Below, piece by piece: positions 8,882 through 20,800 of a DNA stretch of 37,806 nucleotides. The number at the start of each line of letters is the position of its first letter. Positions within the stretch are counted from its first letter, which is position 1. Both the position numbers and the translations under genes were made by a program. The DNA lies in assembly GCA_964459705.1 (NCBI GenBank), contig CAYWNR010000001.1, positions 16,481 to 54,286 of the forward strand, read 5' to 3'. A model generated the notes under the pieces. It did not search any database. It had not been told where the DNA came from and saw nothing but the letters and a program-made list of their open reading frames with translations. Origin of the DNA: an uncultured Gemmatimonadaceae bacterium (GTDB lineage Bacteria > Gemmatimonadota > Gemmatimonadetes > Gemmatimonadales > GWC2-71-9).

Positions 8882-11800
8882 CTGATCCTCGCGCTGGATG
8901 CCTTGCTCGCGATGCCGGCGCCGTTCTTGACGCGCACGAACACATAGAGCTGACTGGCCTGCAGTATTTGAGCAGGCAGCTGGATGGTGCGGGTGGAGGT
9001 ACCAGCGGCGACCGGATAGGCCACGTAGGGGATGGAATACGTGCTCGTACCCGACGAGAGGATCGGCTCGGTGGAGGACGTTCCGAAGGAGATATCCACG
9101 CCTCCAAGCCCGCTCTCCGGATCGGTTTGCACGGTGAGCGTCAATACCGCCGCGCCGTTCACGATGCGTCCGGAGACGCCGGCGGGCTGCGGAGGCGTGA
9201 CGTCCGCCAGCACTTCGCCGCTCGAGGCCACATCGCCCGCGACGCCGAGGCCGCTCACGGCACGGAGGTCCACGAGGAAGCGCCAGCCACCCGCGGGCGT
9301 GAACGGAATTCGCACGCCAGTGTTCGCGAGCGCCTGCGAGGCGGGCCAGTCCACCGTGGATCCGGACGGGAACCCGCGTACCGTTACTCCGGTGACGGCA
9401 TCGCGCACGCGGATCTGATAGCCCAGGACGCCGGTCTCGTCATCGGTGGCGAGTGTCGTGAGGTAGGCGATGATCCCGGCGCTGTACCCGGCGCAGAACG
9501 CTGGACGGCTCGGAACGGTGGCGTCCGGGACTGTTACCGGACCGTAGGTGAGCGGTGCCGACTTCACGCCCAGCGCGTTGATCGCGACGAGCGTCACGAA
9601 GCGCGGCTTGCCATACCGGAAGTCCGGACCCGTCGCTACGAACGATGGGGTTGCTTCCGGGATGTCCGCCCATCCGTCGTTCGGCAGCACCGGACCGGGG
9701 GCCACCGAGTCCACGCGGTAGAGGTAGCCGTAGATCCCGGTCTCGGGATCCGTCGCGTCCGGGCGTCCGAGGGTCAGCCGGACACGCGCGTCACCGCCCA
9801 CGATACCGCCGGTCGGGACAACCGTGACGAGCCGGCCATCCCACACCGGCCGCTCCTCGCCAGATCTGAGGCTCGTCGTCGTGCCGCAGGCCGGGCTCGG
9901 TGCGGGCTGCGAGATGAGCAGGACGGGTGCACGGGGAGTCGCGAACATGCCGGCGGGCGGCACGAGCTGGCTTCCCACCGGGAAGACCGGCGGCGTAGGA
10001 TCAAGCCGCAGCACCGGTGACTGGCCGATGTCGCCCACGAGTCCGGCGCCGTTGGTCGCGCGAACTTCCACGTGGATCTTCTGGCTCGCCGCCAGATGCA
10101 GGCCCTGGATGGCCGCGCTAGTGCGCCCGCCGACGCTCGTCCAATCCACGAGCACCGTCGGCCGAACGAGTGTGGCCCGACCGAGGAGCGACGAGGTTTG
10201 CGTGGTCGTCTGTTCCACCGGGAGTGCGAGGACGCGGTACGCGTATTCCGCGATACCACTCTCCGGATCCGAGGCGCTCCAGCGCGCGGTGACGCGTGTC
10301 GAGTCCGCCGTCCACACCTCGCCCACACCGTCGACGTTCACTAGCGTGGGCAACCCCACGAATTCCACGACCGGACGCCCCGGTGGGGTGAGATCGACCG
10401 GTGGCACCGCGACCGTGCTGTGCGGCGTCGCAACCGGCGTACTGGAGAACGTCAGCGTGTACGGCGTGAGCGCTTCGCCGGTGAGCCCTGCTCCGCCACG
10501 CACCAGTACGTGCTGGTTGCGCGCGACCGTGCCGCCGGCGGGCTCGGTCGAGTACGCCCAGCGCACGGCCTCGCCCGTGCCACCCACGGAGTGCAGGGAG
10601 TCGCTCCCCTCCTGCAGGAGGTACTCGTACACGCCGCGCGGATGCGTGCCCGACCACGTGGTCGTAATCGACGAGAGGAATCCGTAGTCGGTGACTACCA
10701 CGCGCGGGCTCGTGACGCGCGGCGCCTGCAGCATTTCGTTGAGCTCGGCGAGCCGCGCCGAGAACTGCTGGCCCTCCGTTCCCGTCGTCCCGTACGTCCG
10801 CAGGTAGTCATCGTACAGGTCGTGAAGCACGCCGTAGAGCTCCGCCTGCTGCTCGTTCAGTGCGGCGAGCGACGACGTGAGCGACGCCAGTTGATCGCGA
10901 GCGGAACGGATGACGAGCTCCGCCGTGTCGGCCGCGCCGTCGACGACGGCCCGGGCTCCATCGCGCGCCTGGGTGAGCCCGGCGTCGGCGACCTCCCACC
11001 ACGTCCGGAGCCCGTAGCTCACCGCTTGCGTGCGAAACCACGTGAGCGCCTGGTCCATGCGCGCGGAGGCCGCCCCGTCGAGCGAATCAGATTTGAGCGC
11101 CTTCGCCGCAGCCACCCGCTGCGCGCGCCAGCTCGCCGCATCGGAGGCATAGGTCTGCTCCAACGACGGGTCCCCCGCCCATTCGCTCAGGTAGTGCACT
11201 CGGCTTGCCGCGAGTGCATCGAGCTCGACCGCCGTGCCGGAGCGCTGCAGATAGTCCGGGTTGCCCAACGTCTGCTGATAGGAGCTGATGTCGCCGAGCT
11301 TCGCGTTGAGTCGCTGCTCGACTCCGGGCCGCTCCTGCGCCAGCGTATCCAGCTTGGCCAGCGTCCAGCTCAACCGCCGCATCCGAAACTCGACGTTCAC
11401 CGCATGCTCGCGCTCGATCGTCTCGACGGCGTCGCTGTGGAGCCGTGCGTACGAAGCGAACGAGGCGGCATCGGTGCCGCTTGTCGCTGCGAGGACCGTC
11501 GCGAGTCCGGACTCGACCGCCGCGATCTGGTCGCGCATTTGCGCCTGCCTGGCGACCGTCGCGGCCTGCGCCGCGCTCATCGTACCTCGTGCGGTTGCCG
11601 ATGCCTCATCGTCGAGCGCGAACTCGGGGACGCCGGTGAGTACCATAGTCGGCGCGCCATCAGGGCCAGCAGGCCCTTCCACGAGCGCGGGACTTCCCGA
11701 CGACCATGTCGTGACCGGGTCGGCGGGCGGCACGAAGGCGGCGGTCTCCTCCAGATCGGCGAGCTGGAGCCGCACGGCCCGGATGCGCGCCTCGACCTCT

Positions 11801-14800
11801 GCGCGCTGGTCCACGATCACGGCCAGCTTGTGTTCCGCCTCGGCGCGGAGCTGTACCACTTCGGCTGTGTCCGCGGCCGCTTCGGAGTTGCTCAACACGC
11901 GCTCGTAAAACGCGACGTATGGGTCGGTGGCGGTGGTGGGGAGCAGTCCGCCGCGCGTGGTGCCCTCCATGGCGCGGAAGCCGTTCCACCCCACGAGCAT
12001 CTGCACCCAGTTCCAGCGCTGGAAGTTGGCGTACGCAGCGGCGAGACTCTCGCGCGAGACGGGAATCGGCGTTCGCGCCAGCTCCTGGGCCGCCGCATCG
12101 ATGCCGGCGAGAATGTCGTTCGCTTCGGATTCCAACTCGCTCGCCACTTGCTGAGCGTGGGCGAGCACGGCCGCCAGTTCCTCGCTGCGTCCGAGCCCCA
12201 TCGCGAACCCGCCCGGCGTGTACTGCGCCCAGACCTCGAACGTGAGCAGGTCTACGCCCACCACGCGCGCCGTCCCCTGGGCGTAGATCGCCAACTGGGG
12301 CTCGATCACGAGCGCGCCGATCATGCCGAGCTCGCCGGTGACCCCCATCGCGGTCACCTGACCCGTGAACGTCAGGAAGGCTCCGAGATCGCTGGTAGAC
12401 GGTCGATACCAGAGCCGCAGGTTCGCGCCCACCGTCGCCGACAAGGCATTGGTGCTCTTCGACACCGAATAGCCCATGCTCACGGTGAATCCACTCGGGA
12501 CGACGATCACCTCGGCGTTGGCCTGGATCACGTCGAGGATGGTGAAGTCGGCATTTCCTTTCACCGCGAACGTGTTGCTGCCCGCGAAGAACTGGATGCC
12601 GGCGCTGCCGCTAACGGTCTTCTCGATGTTCACCACCAGCGTCACGTCACCCCGGACGTAGGCAGCCGGTGACCACCCCACCTGCAGCGCGAGGTCGCCG
12701 GAGATCTGGTTGTGCATGTTGAAGAACGTCGCCATCGCGTTGAGCTGCGCGGCCTGGTCGGTGATTGTCAGCATCGCTCGCCCCGAGGCGGCCGAAGCAC
12801 CACCCGCGCCGACGACGTCCACGGACGCGTAGAGCATGACCGCGAACTGCCCCGCGGGTGGCATCCCCACCCGATCCGCCGACGGGCCGTTCAAGCCGGC
12901 AACGTTCTTGACCAACTGCAGGTCCGTCGTGCTCGGGTTGATGAAGAACCCGCCTCCGACGCCGGTGAGCGTCACGACTCCCGGAACGAGCGGCACCTCG
13001 ACGCTCGTACGCAGGAAGATCCCGGCGCTGAACTGGTCGGCGCGCCGCCGCATCACGCCGACCATGGCGACCTCGTAGTGCCCGAGCAGTGTTCCCTCGG
13101 TGGCAAGCGAGAGGTCGAATCCGTTCGGCAGCTCGTCGTAGCTCAGCGACGCCTGGAAGGCGACGACGTCGGGGATCTCCACGGCGAGGTTGTGGATCAG
13201 GAGATGTGTGGTCGAGTCGCTGGCGCGGACGTAGACGAGCACGCGATCCACGCCGCCCTTGAACACCCCAGCCACGTCCACCGAAGCGCCGAAGTCCAGA
13301 TAGTTCCGGACCGTGACGGAGACGCTGTCTGGACGGACGCTCCCATCTGACGCCGGCGGCTGCGCGACCGGGACGAAGATGGACGATTCCTCCCTGTTCC
13401 ACGCAACGCGCCCGACCACGAGCTTCACCTTCTCCTGGATCGTGAACGTGCCGCCGTCGAAGCTCGCCTCGCCGAGGTTCACCTCGCCTGCGGACGTGAA
13501 GCCAACGTTGTGGAACGTGAGCGTGCCACTGCCGCCCGCGACATCGAGCGCCAGGCTGCCACCGAGCGCCACCGCGAACCCCGTCTCGGTCGGTTGCGCC
13601 GTCGCCTGCCGGACCGTGAGCGTGGCCGGTGCCATGCGCACGGTGATCGGACTCGGCATGGCGAGGCCACCCCACGTGACCGCGCCATTCGCCGCGATCC
13701 GGATGCCCGGCGTGACGGTGCCGCCCGATACCGACCCGAACCGGAGCAGGTTGCTCGGGTCGTCCTGCACGTAGACGTCCGCCACCATCGACGCGGCGGT
13801 GTTCGCCTGGTTCTCGAAGTCGAGCGCGAGGTCGAGACGCCGGAGATGGAACGTGGCAACGCCGGCACTCACCTTGGTCTGCGCGGACGCGAGCCCCTCG
13901 GGCTCGTCGATCAACACCACGTGACCACCGCCGGTGACGCGGCCGTCCGGGAGCACGTGCACCGTCACCTCCTGCGGAGCTCGTGAGGTGAACGGCGGCG
14001 GGAGCGTCACGGCACCCGCGAGCTCCAGCGCCCGGGTGGCGATGCGCGCGGTGGTGAGTTGCGCGTACCCGGGAATGATGTCGATGGGACGACTGAGGAA
14101 GTTCGCGCCCTGCAAGGCGAACGAGCCGTCGGTGCCGACTTGGAGCCCGATGAAGCGCATGGTGTTCTGGAGCAGTGTGACGTAGCCCGACATCGTGAAG
14201 CGAACGACGCCGGCCGCGATCGCCACGTCCACCGCCGGTGCTACCTGCGTGGAACCGACGACCGAATCCTGCAATGCGAATTGCGCGCCGAATAGCTCGA
14301 ACTCGGCCGTACTCGTCGGTGCGGTGATGGAGATGTTCGGCAAGGTGATCCCCGTCGAGCCCACCCGGAGATCGTGGACGCTCAGCGCAAAGCCCGGAGC
14401 GAGGTCCGGCAGTCGCAGCGTGCCGCCCAGTCGCAGCGCGAAGTCCTGCGCCGTGGCATCCACGACGATCCCCGGCTGCCCAAAGCCATTCTCGATGGTC
14501 AGCGCCGCTTGTCCGATCGCGATGGGGGTCTCGGGATCGCTCACGTCAGCGGTCCCGTGGAAGCCCTGCGCGTCCACGCGCGCCGCCAGATGAATGGGCA
14601 ACGGCGTTCCCTCGGCGGATGCGAGGAACACCGAATGGATGGCACCCGAGACCTCGACGACGTTCGCGTTCGGCGCCAGCGTCAGCCGGGCGCCCGTCAG
14701 CCGGACCGCCAGCGTGTCCCCGCGGAACTGGGCCTCGGCGATCGCCGGCGCCGACGGCACGTACGTCTCGCTGTACTGGCCAAGCTCGACCTGACCGCGC

Positions 14801-17800
14801 AGCCCCTCCGCGGAGAGCTCCATATCGCGGAAGACGAGGTCCACGTCATCGAGTGGTCCAGGGAGCGTCGCGCGCAGGTCCGCCTGTAGGTGATAGCCGC
14901 CCGCGCCGCCACGGTACGCGAGCTGCGTGATCGCCACCGGGTAACCCGGCAGCGTGATGAGCGGTGCTCCCGCCTGGGTGCTCACGACGATCTCGCCGCT
15001 CAGCGGCCGGAGGTTGCGCGCGTTCAGGACGAGGTCGAAGCTCGTCCGCACGTCCGGTGGCGCCCCGCCGTCCGCGAGCGCTGGCAGCACGAGGTCCACT
15101 TGCTCGTTCGGCCGGGTCCGGATCCGCAGGGTTTCGGCGGAGAAGATCGTCTCCACCAGGAGGACCGAGGTGTCCGCCGGGTTCCGCAACTGGAGGTAGG
15201 CCACGTCTTCGCTCGGGATCCCGAGGCGCGCCGGGATCGGCAAAACCGCAAAGACGTTGCCCGGCCAGAAGCCGAGCCGGTTCACGTACGCGATCAAGTC
15301 GCCTTCTGGACTCCGCAGGTCGAGCCGCCCCTGCGTGATCGCCACCCGTGGCGAAAACCCGATCGTGAACGCGCTGTCGAACGTCGCCGTCAGGGCCGCG
15401 TACGTCTCGCCGCCGTAGCCAAGCGATGCCGTGGCGGTTCCCGTCAGCTCCACTCCGGCCGTGTCGATCACCGCGCCGGCCGACAGCACGATGCGCGCGG
15501 ACGCGCCGGTTCCGCGGGGCTCGGTGGCCGGGAAGACGCCATACACGAGATCACCGGACTCCCCGATCTCGATCCCCACCGCCAGGTCGGCGGTGACGTG
15601 GATGCGTCCCTTCGCGAGCGTGCCGGTGTTGAGATCGAAGGCGACGTCTTCGAACCCGACGTCAACGCCGGCACCCTCGGCGGTCCGCAGCTCGCCCGTG
15701 GCGCCGAACTGCAGCCAGTGCTGCGTGAGGGACGCCTGGTTGACGACGAGACGCAGGAAGGGGTTCGCCGGGTCCGGCGCCCAATAGAACGGCTGGTCGA
15801 TGCTGGCCTCCGCGTCGACGACTTCGCCGCGGATCAGATCGATGGACAGGGTCCCGGTGGCGGAGACCGTGTCGCCCGCTTGATCGCTGAGGAGCCGCAC
15901 GACAACCGACGCGTCGAGGCCGGCCTCGACCGTCCCCGAGTCCGCGTCGTAGCCGAATCGGACGGTGCTGTTGCCGATCTGCGCCTCAAGCGGGCCGAGT
16001 GCGACGACGCAGGTGGGAAGCACGTTCCGGACCGATCCGTACAGCGTCCCGTTACCCGCAATGAAGAGCGTGTCCGTAGGGGACTCGAGCGATACGGTGC
16101 CAGAAACCGCGGACGGACACGCGAGCAGGTTTGGCAGCGTGAGGTCGGCAAGCAGCCCGATTCGCACGTCGCCCGGCCCATTCTCGGACAGGTCGAACGA
16201 GCCGAAGGCGCCGCGGATGTCGGCGACCGGCGTCCGGAGCGGACGTGGGAAGTCCACGCGCTCGAACGTTCCCGTGAGCCGCCCATTCGCGAACCCCACA
16301 TCGAGCGCGCGGATCGTGAAGCGGGCCGTCTGGTCGTCAAGACCGGAGGGGATGTCCTCGATCGCGAACTCAAGGTCCACGCCGAAATCCAGCTCGGGCG
16401 GCGGCGCGTTGCTGGACCAATCCCAGCGGAATTCGCCCACGCGGTACGCGAGCGCGCGCACGGCGAACCCCCCGACGCGCAGCGGGCGCAGGGAGTCGCT
16501 GCCGGACTCGAAGGGGCCGTTCGGATCGGAGATCGTCGGAACCGCGGGAAGCTCGAACCCCGGCACCACCATGCCCTGCGGCGTGATGTGGACGTCCCGG
16601 ATCTCCGGAAGGCGCAGACTGTCAAGCGCGGGGATTTCGATGGCCGCGTCGAACAGGAACTCGAAGTCGAACTGTGACTGCGCGATGTCCCAGCGGAACT
16701 GCGGCGCGCGGAACCGTCCCAGCAGCAGGTCGACGCCTGGCAGCGGGACGCGGAAGAGCGAATCGGGCGACTCGAAGTTCACGAGCGCCGCTTCGGTTGG
16801 GGACAGGCGGAACGTGGCCGTGGCGATCTGGGTCGTCCGGTCCGCATCCGGGTCCACGTAGGCGATGTGGCCCGGCAGCTCCAGCCGCCACGCGAACGTC
16901 GCGTCGAGCGGTCCCTGGGCCTGGAACCGGAGCGTGTCGATGCCGAACCGCAGACGGGATACGCCGGGCACTAGCGCGACACTGTCGCTGAACGGCTGCT
17001 CGATGTCCGCCGACAGGATGCCGCCTCCCTCGAGCCCCAGCGTGATGCGCAGCGGCTCCTGGCCGTTCAGCAGTGCCAGCCGCCCGTGCGCGAGGAACGA
17101 CGGCTCGCTTCCGCGCTCCGCCCGAAGTGCGATCGAGTCGAGGACGAACGGGAAGTCGGCGGTCGGCTGGCCGCCCGCGGCCCCTGAGCTGGTCTTCGCG
17201 CTCAGCTGACCGGAGATCGGAAGGAGCGTTCCGCGGTCGAGCGTGAGGTCGAACGCAACGTCGAGCGCGGGCGGATCCGGTCGCGTGCCCTTGAGCGCGG
17301 GAACGACGAGCCGGAGTGTCTCGCCCGTCCGCGTGCGGAAGCGCAGTCCGTCGTCCGTCGAGTCCACCTGCACCAGGAGGTTGCCGGTCGTGTCCTTGAG
17401 CGGGACGAAGGCGGTCGCGCGGTCGCGCAAGAACAGCGTGTCCGGGATGACCGCTGTGAGCAGCTCGGCGAGCGCGAGATGCCACCCGGAGGCGTCCAGG
17501 TACGCGATCGGATACTCCTTCAGGTGCACCGTCGCGCGGCCGCCTGTGACGCGCCCGCTCGCGGGCTGAACCGCGAAGCCCTCCTCGAACGTGACCGACG
17601 CGTCGTCGAACCGCGATCCCCGGACGGCCACCTGCGCCGGTGCCCGGCCCTGGAGACGGAGGCCGTCCGCATTGACGGCCGGTGCGGCGGGCAGCACCAA
17701 CCGGATGTTCCCGCCACCCCAGTCACTGTCCTTCGGGTCGAACGAGCCGCTCGCGAGACTTGGCGTGAAGTTCTTGGCTCCGCTCCACACGAAGCCGATC

Positions 17801-20800
17801 GGCGACGACTCCAGTGCCAGTCCCTCCATCATCCCGATGGCACCGGAGGTGATGTCGCCGGAGGCGGGATTGAGATACACTCCCGCGAACGTGACGCTCA
17901 CGGTGTCCGTCCGGTGCGTGTACACGCTGTCGATACGTTCCGCGTTGTAGTCCTTGACGCCCGACATCACGGAATCGACGAGCATCCGCTGTCGTCCGTC
18001 CACGAGCAGACCCCGCGGGCTCAGCGTGGCCCGGGCGACGATGAACGTCAGCATGCCCCACTCGAGCTTAAACGGACCTTCCAGCGCGATGTCGCCGGAC
18101 AGCAGCCGGCCGGTGATGTAGTCAATGCGCGCCGTGGCCGTGGGCGCGTCCTGCGTGCCGCTCAGGACCCCGCTCGCCAACCCGCCCGCCGGACCGGCGG
18201 CCTGCGCAGCCGCGTCCGCCCCGGCTTTGGCCTTGTCCTGTACGGCAGCACTCTCGTCCGACGCGCTGGTCTTCGCCGGTTCTTCCTTCTTCGCCTCCTC
18301 GATCCGCCCGAAGTCCACCTTGATCGACCCATCGTAGATGGCCGTCTGCGTGCCGGAATCGCTGACCGCGAGCACCAACTGCCCACCGGCCGGGGAGAGC
18401 TTCGCGAATCGCAGGTCGAACTGGACCCAGGATGGTTGGAAGCCCTCCAGGGTACCGCGCAGCCGACCCGTGGGCGTCAGCCGCAGCTCACCGTTCAGCT
18501 CGTGAGAGGTCGTCTGGCCTAAGCACCCGACCACCGGCAGCCCGCAGTCGGGATCCGGTCGCACCAGGGCGCCCGCGATCAGGGGAAACTCGGTCACCCG
18601 GGGCGTATCGCCGAGGGCAAAGACCACCTTCCCATCCACGGTCTCGACGCTGACGTGCAGGTTGTCGGCCTCGCGCAGCACGCAGCCATTCTCGAAGCGA
18701 TGCTCCTGGAGGGTCGCATCGATGCGGCCATCCTTGACCACCAGAGTGTCCACCTCGAACGGCTGCTCGTTGAGACATGCCGACTGCTCCAGGGGCACGT
18801 GCGGGAAGGAGACCCAGCTCGTCCCCGACCCCCACTCGAAGCCGGGGTCTTGGCCGCTCAGCCAACGGTCGTAGGGCACTTGCTGGCCAACGAATCCCAT
18901 GGTGCGTGGCAAGAGCTGCACGCTATCGATCTCGATGACACCGGACGTTTGCGTTCCTGGCGCGTCCGAACTGCTGCCGGGCAACGTCACGCCGGTCTCG
19001 TCGAGGACAACGCCCTCAATGGGTGGGAGCTGGAGGTTCTCCGCCCCCCGCGCCTGGGGTGCAAGGTCCACCAACGCCCGCCAGACGAGTCGCCCGCCTG
19101 GATCGAGGTCGAATCTGTCCAGCCGCAGGTTCGACAGTCCCATCCGGACCCAGCCGAAGTCCGCGTACGCATGGCCTGCGTCGCAGTCGCTGCGCTCGTC
19201 CTCGCGCGTCAGTGACTCCCGCCCGAGCACGAGGGTGAAATCCACCGTACACCCTTCGCTGGCGTCGCCGAACACCTGCAGCGTCGCCGGCGCTCGGAGG
19301 TCACTCTCCAGTCGGTCGCCGAGGAAATCCGCGGTGAGTGAGCCCGCGATCGTGCCGAACGTCACCAGCGGACGCGTTTCAGCTCCGCCCGGCGCGAAGC
19401 CGCCCGTCGGTCGACAGACAACCGGGATCGTGACCACGCCATCAGCCAGCGTTCCCGTGGCCGAGCAACCGACATCGGCGCCGAGCACGCGCACCTGCCC
19501 CGTCATCTCGAGGCGTCCCGTGGGCAGGAGGAGCCGCGCCTGGTCCACCGCGTACTGCACCGGTGAGCCTCCGATGCTCGCCAGGGGAGCATCCGCCGGA
19601 GCGGTTCTCTCCAGTTGACCGAACAATCCAGCCGCGGTGACTTGTGCCCGCCCCGTCAGGTCCATCGGTGCGAACCCCGGGAGTGCCACCTGCGCCGCCA
19701 GCGTGAGTCCTGAACCGGTCTCGTAGCCAAGTTGGGTGAACCGCACCAACGGTCCTGCCGCCGCCGCGAGATCGCTGCCGGACTTCACCGCGCCGCTGAG
19801 CTCTCCGGACCGCACGACTGCGAGGCTCTGGATGCTGGTCCGATCGATCTCGAGGTCGCGTGCCTCGACGCGCACGATTGTCCGGAGCGGCGCCTCCAAC
19901 TCGAGGTTCAACCACCCGTTGACGACGTACGCGAAATCGGTGAGACCGACCTCGGCGCTCCGAAGGCCCGTGAGTTGCGCCACGCCCGGGATGAGCGTCA
20001 GCGTGTCGGGTAGTTCCTTCGTCACTCCCGTCTCACGGCCCGGTCCACCGACTGAAAACGTCCAGATCTCGCTCGACCGTCCACCGCGCGTCACGGGCCG
20101 GCCCTCGCCGTCGAGCGCTTCGACCGACCACACGTACTGCTTCATGGGATCGAGGGGCAGCGCGTCCAGCGGGTAGACGACCATCGGAGCGCCGGTCTCC
20201 TCCTCCTCGAACCACACCGGATTGGCGAAGACGGCGGTTTCCGGTGTCTGTCCTTTGAGCAACTCGAAGACCCGCACCCGATACGACGCGCCGATCTCTG
20301 GCGGCAGGAAGATCGGGGTCCATTGAAAGACGGGCAGGAGTCCGGCCACGACCCCCTGGTTGGCCGGGAAGATCAGCTGCGGCGGCTCCGGCAGCGCGAT
20401 TGTGAAATCGGCGCACGTAGACACCAGCTCGACGTTTTGCGCGTCGAGCACGCGCGCGCACATCTGGTGTCGGCCCTCCGGGATCATCCCGGTGCGCAGC
20501 ACCTGGTCCACGTACTTCTGATCCTGGCGGACGGTCTCCCAATCGAGGATATCGGCGCCAGTGAAGATCTGCGTGACGGGCCCGAACCCGAACGAGACGG
20601 ACGGACTCACGACGCGGGCCAACTCCCCGCGCTCGGCGCTCTGGACCCACCCCTCGACGCGGAAGTCCTGCGGTGCCGTTCCACTGTAGATGAGCGTCAG
20701 GACCGCCATCTGGGGATTGCGCTCCCAGTCGGCGATGAACGGAGACGGAAACGGCTGGACCAGCAGACTGGCGGTCCACCCGGGGGCCTGCGCGGCCAGC

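Noticed and set aside
10420-12672. 750-aa plus-strand ORF antisense to the giant gene; also 14890-16677, 17479-18522 and 20323-21096
   Set aside because: They are Arg/Gly/His/Glu-rich with no motifs and lie entirely inside the 12-kb minus-strand CDS. Long antisense ORFs are expected opposite Ala/Glu/Leu-rich GC-biased coding sequence.
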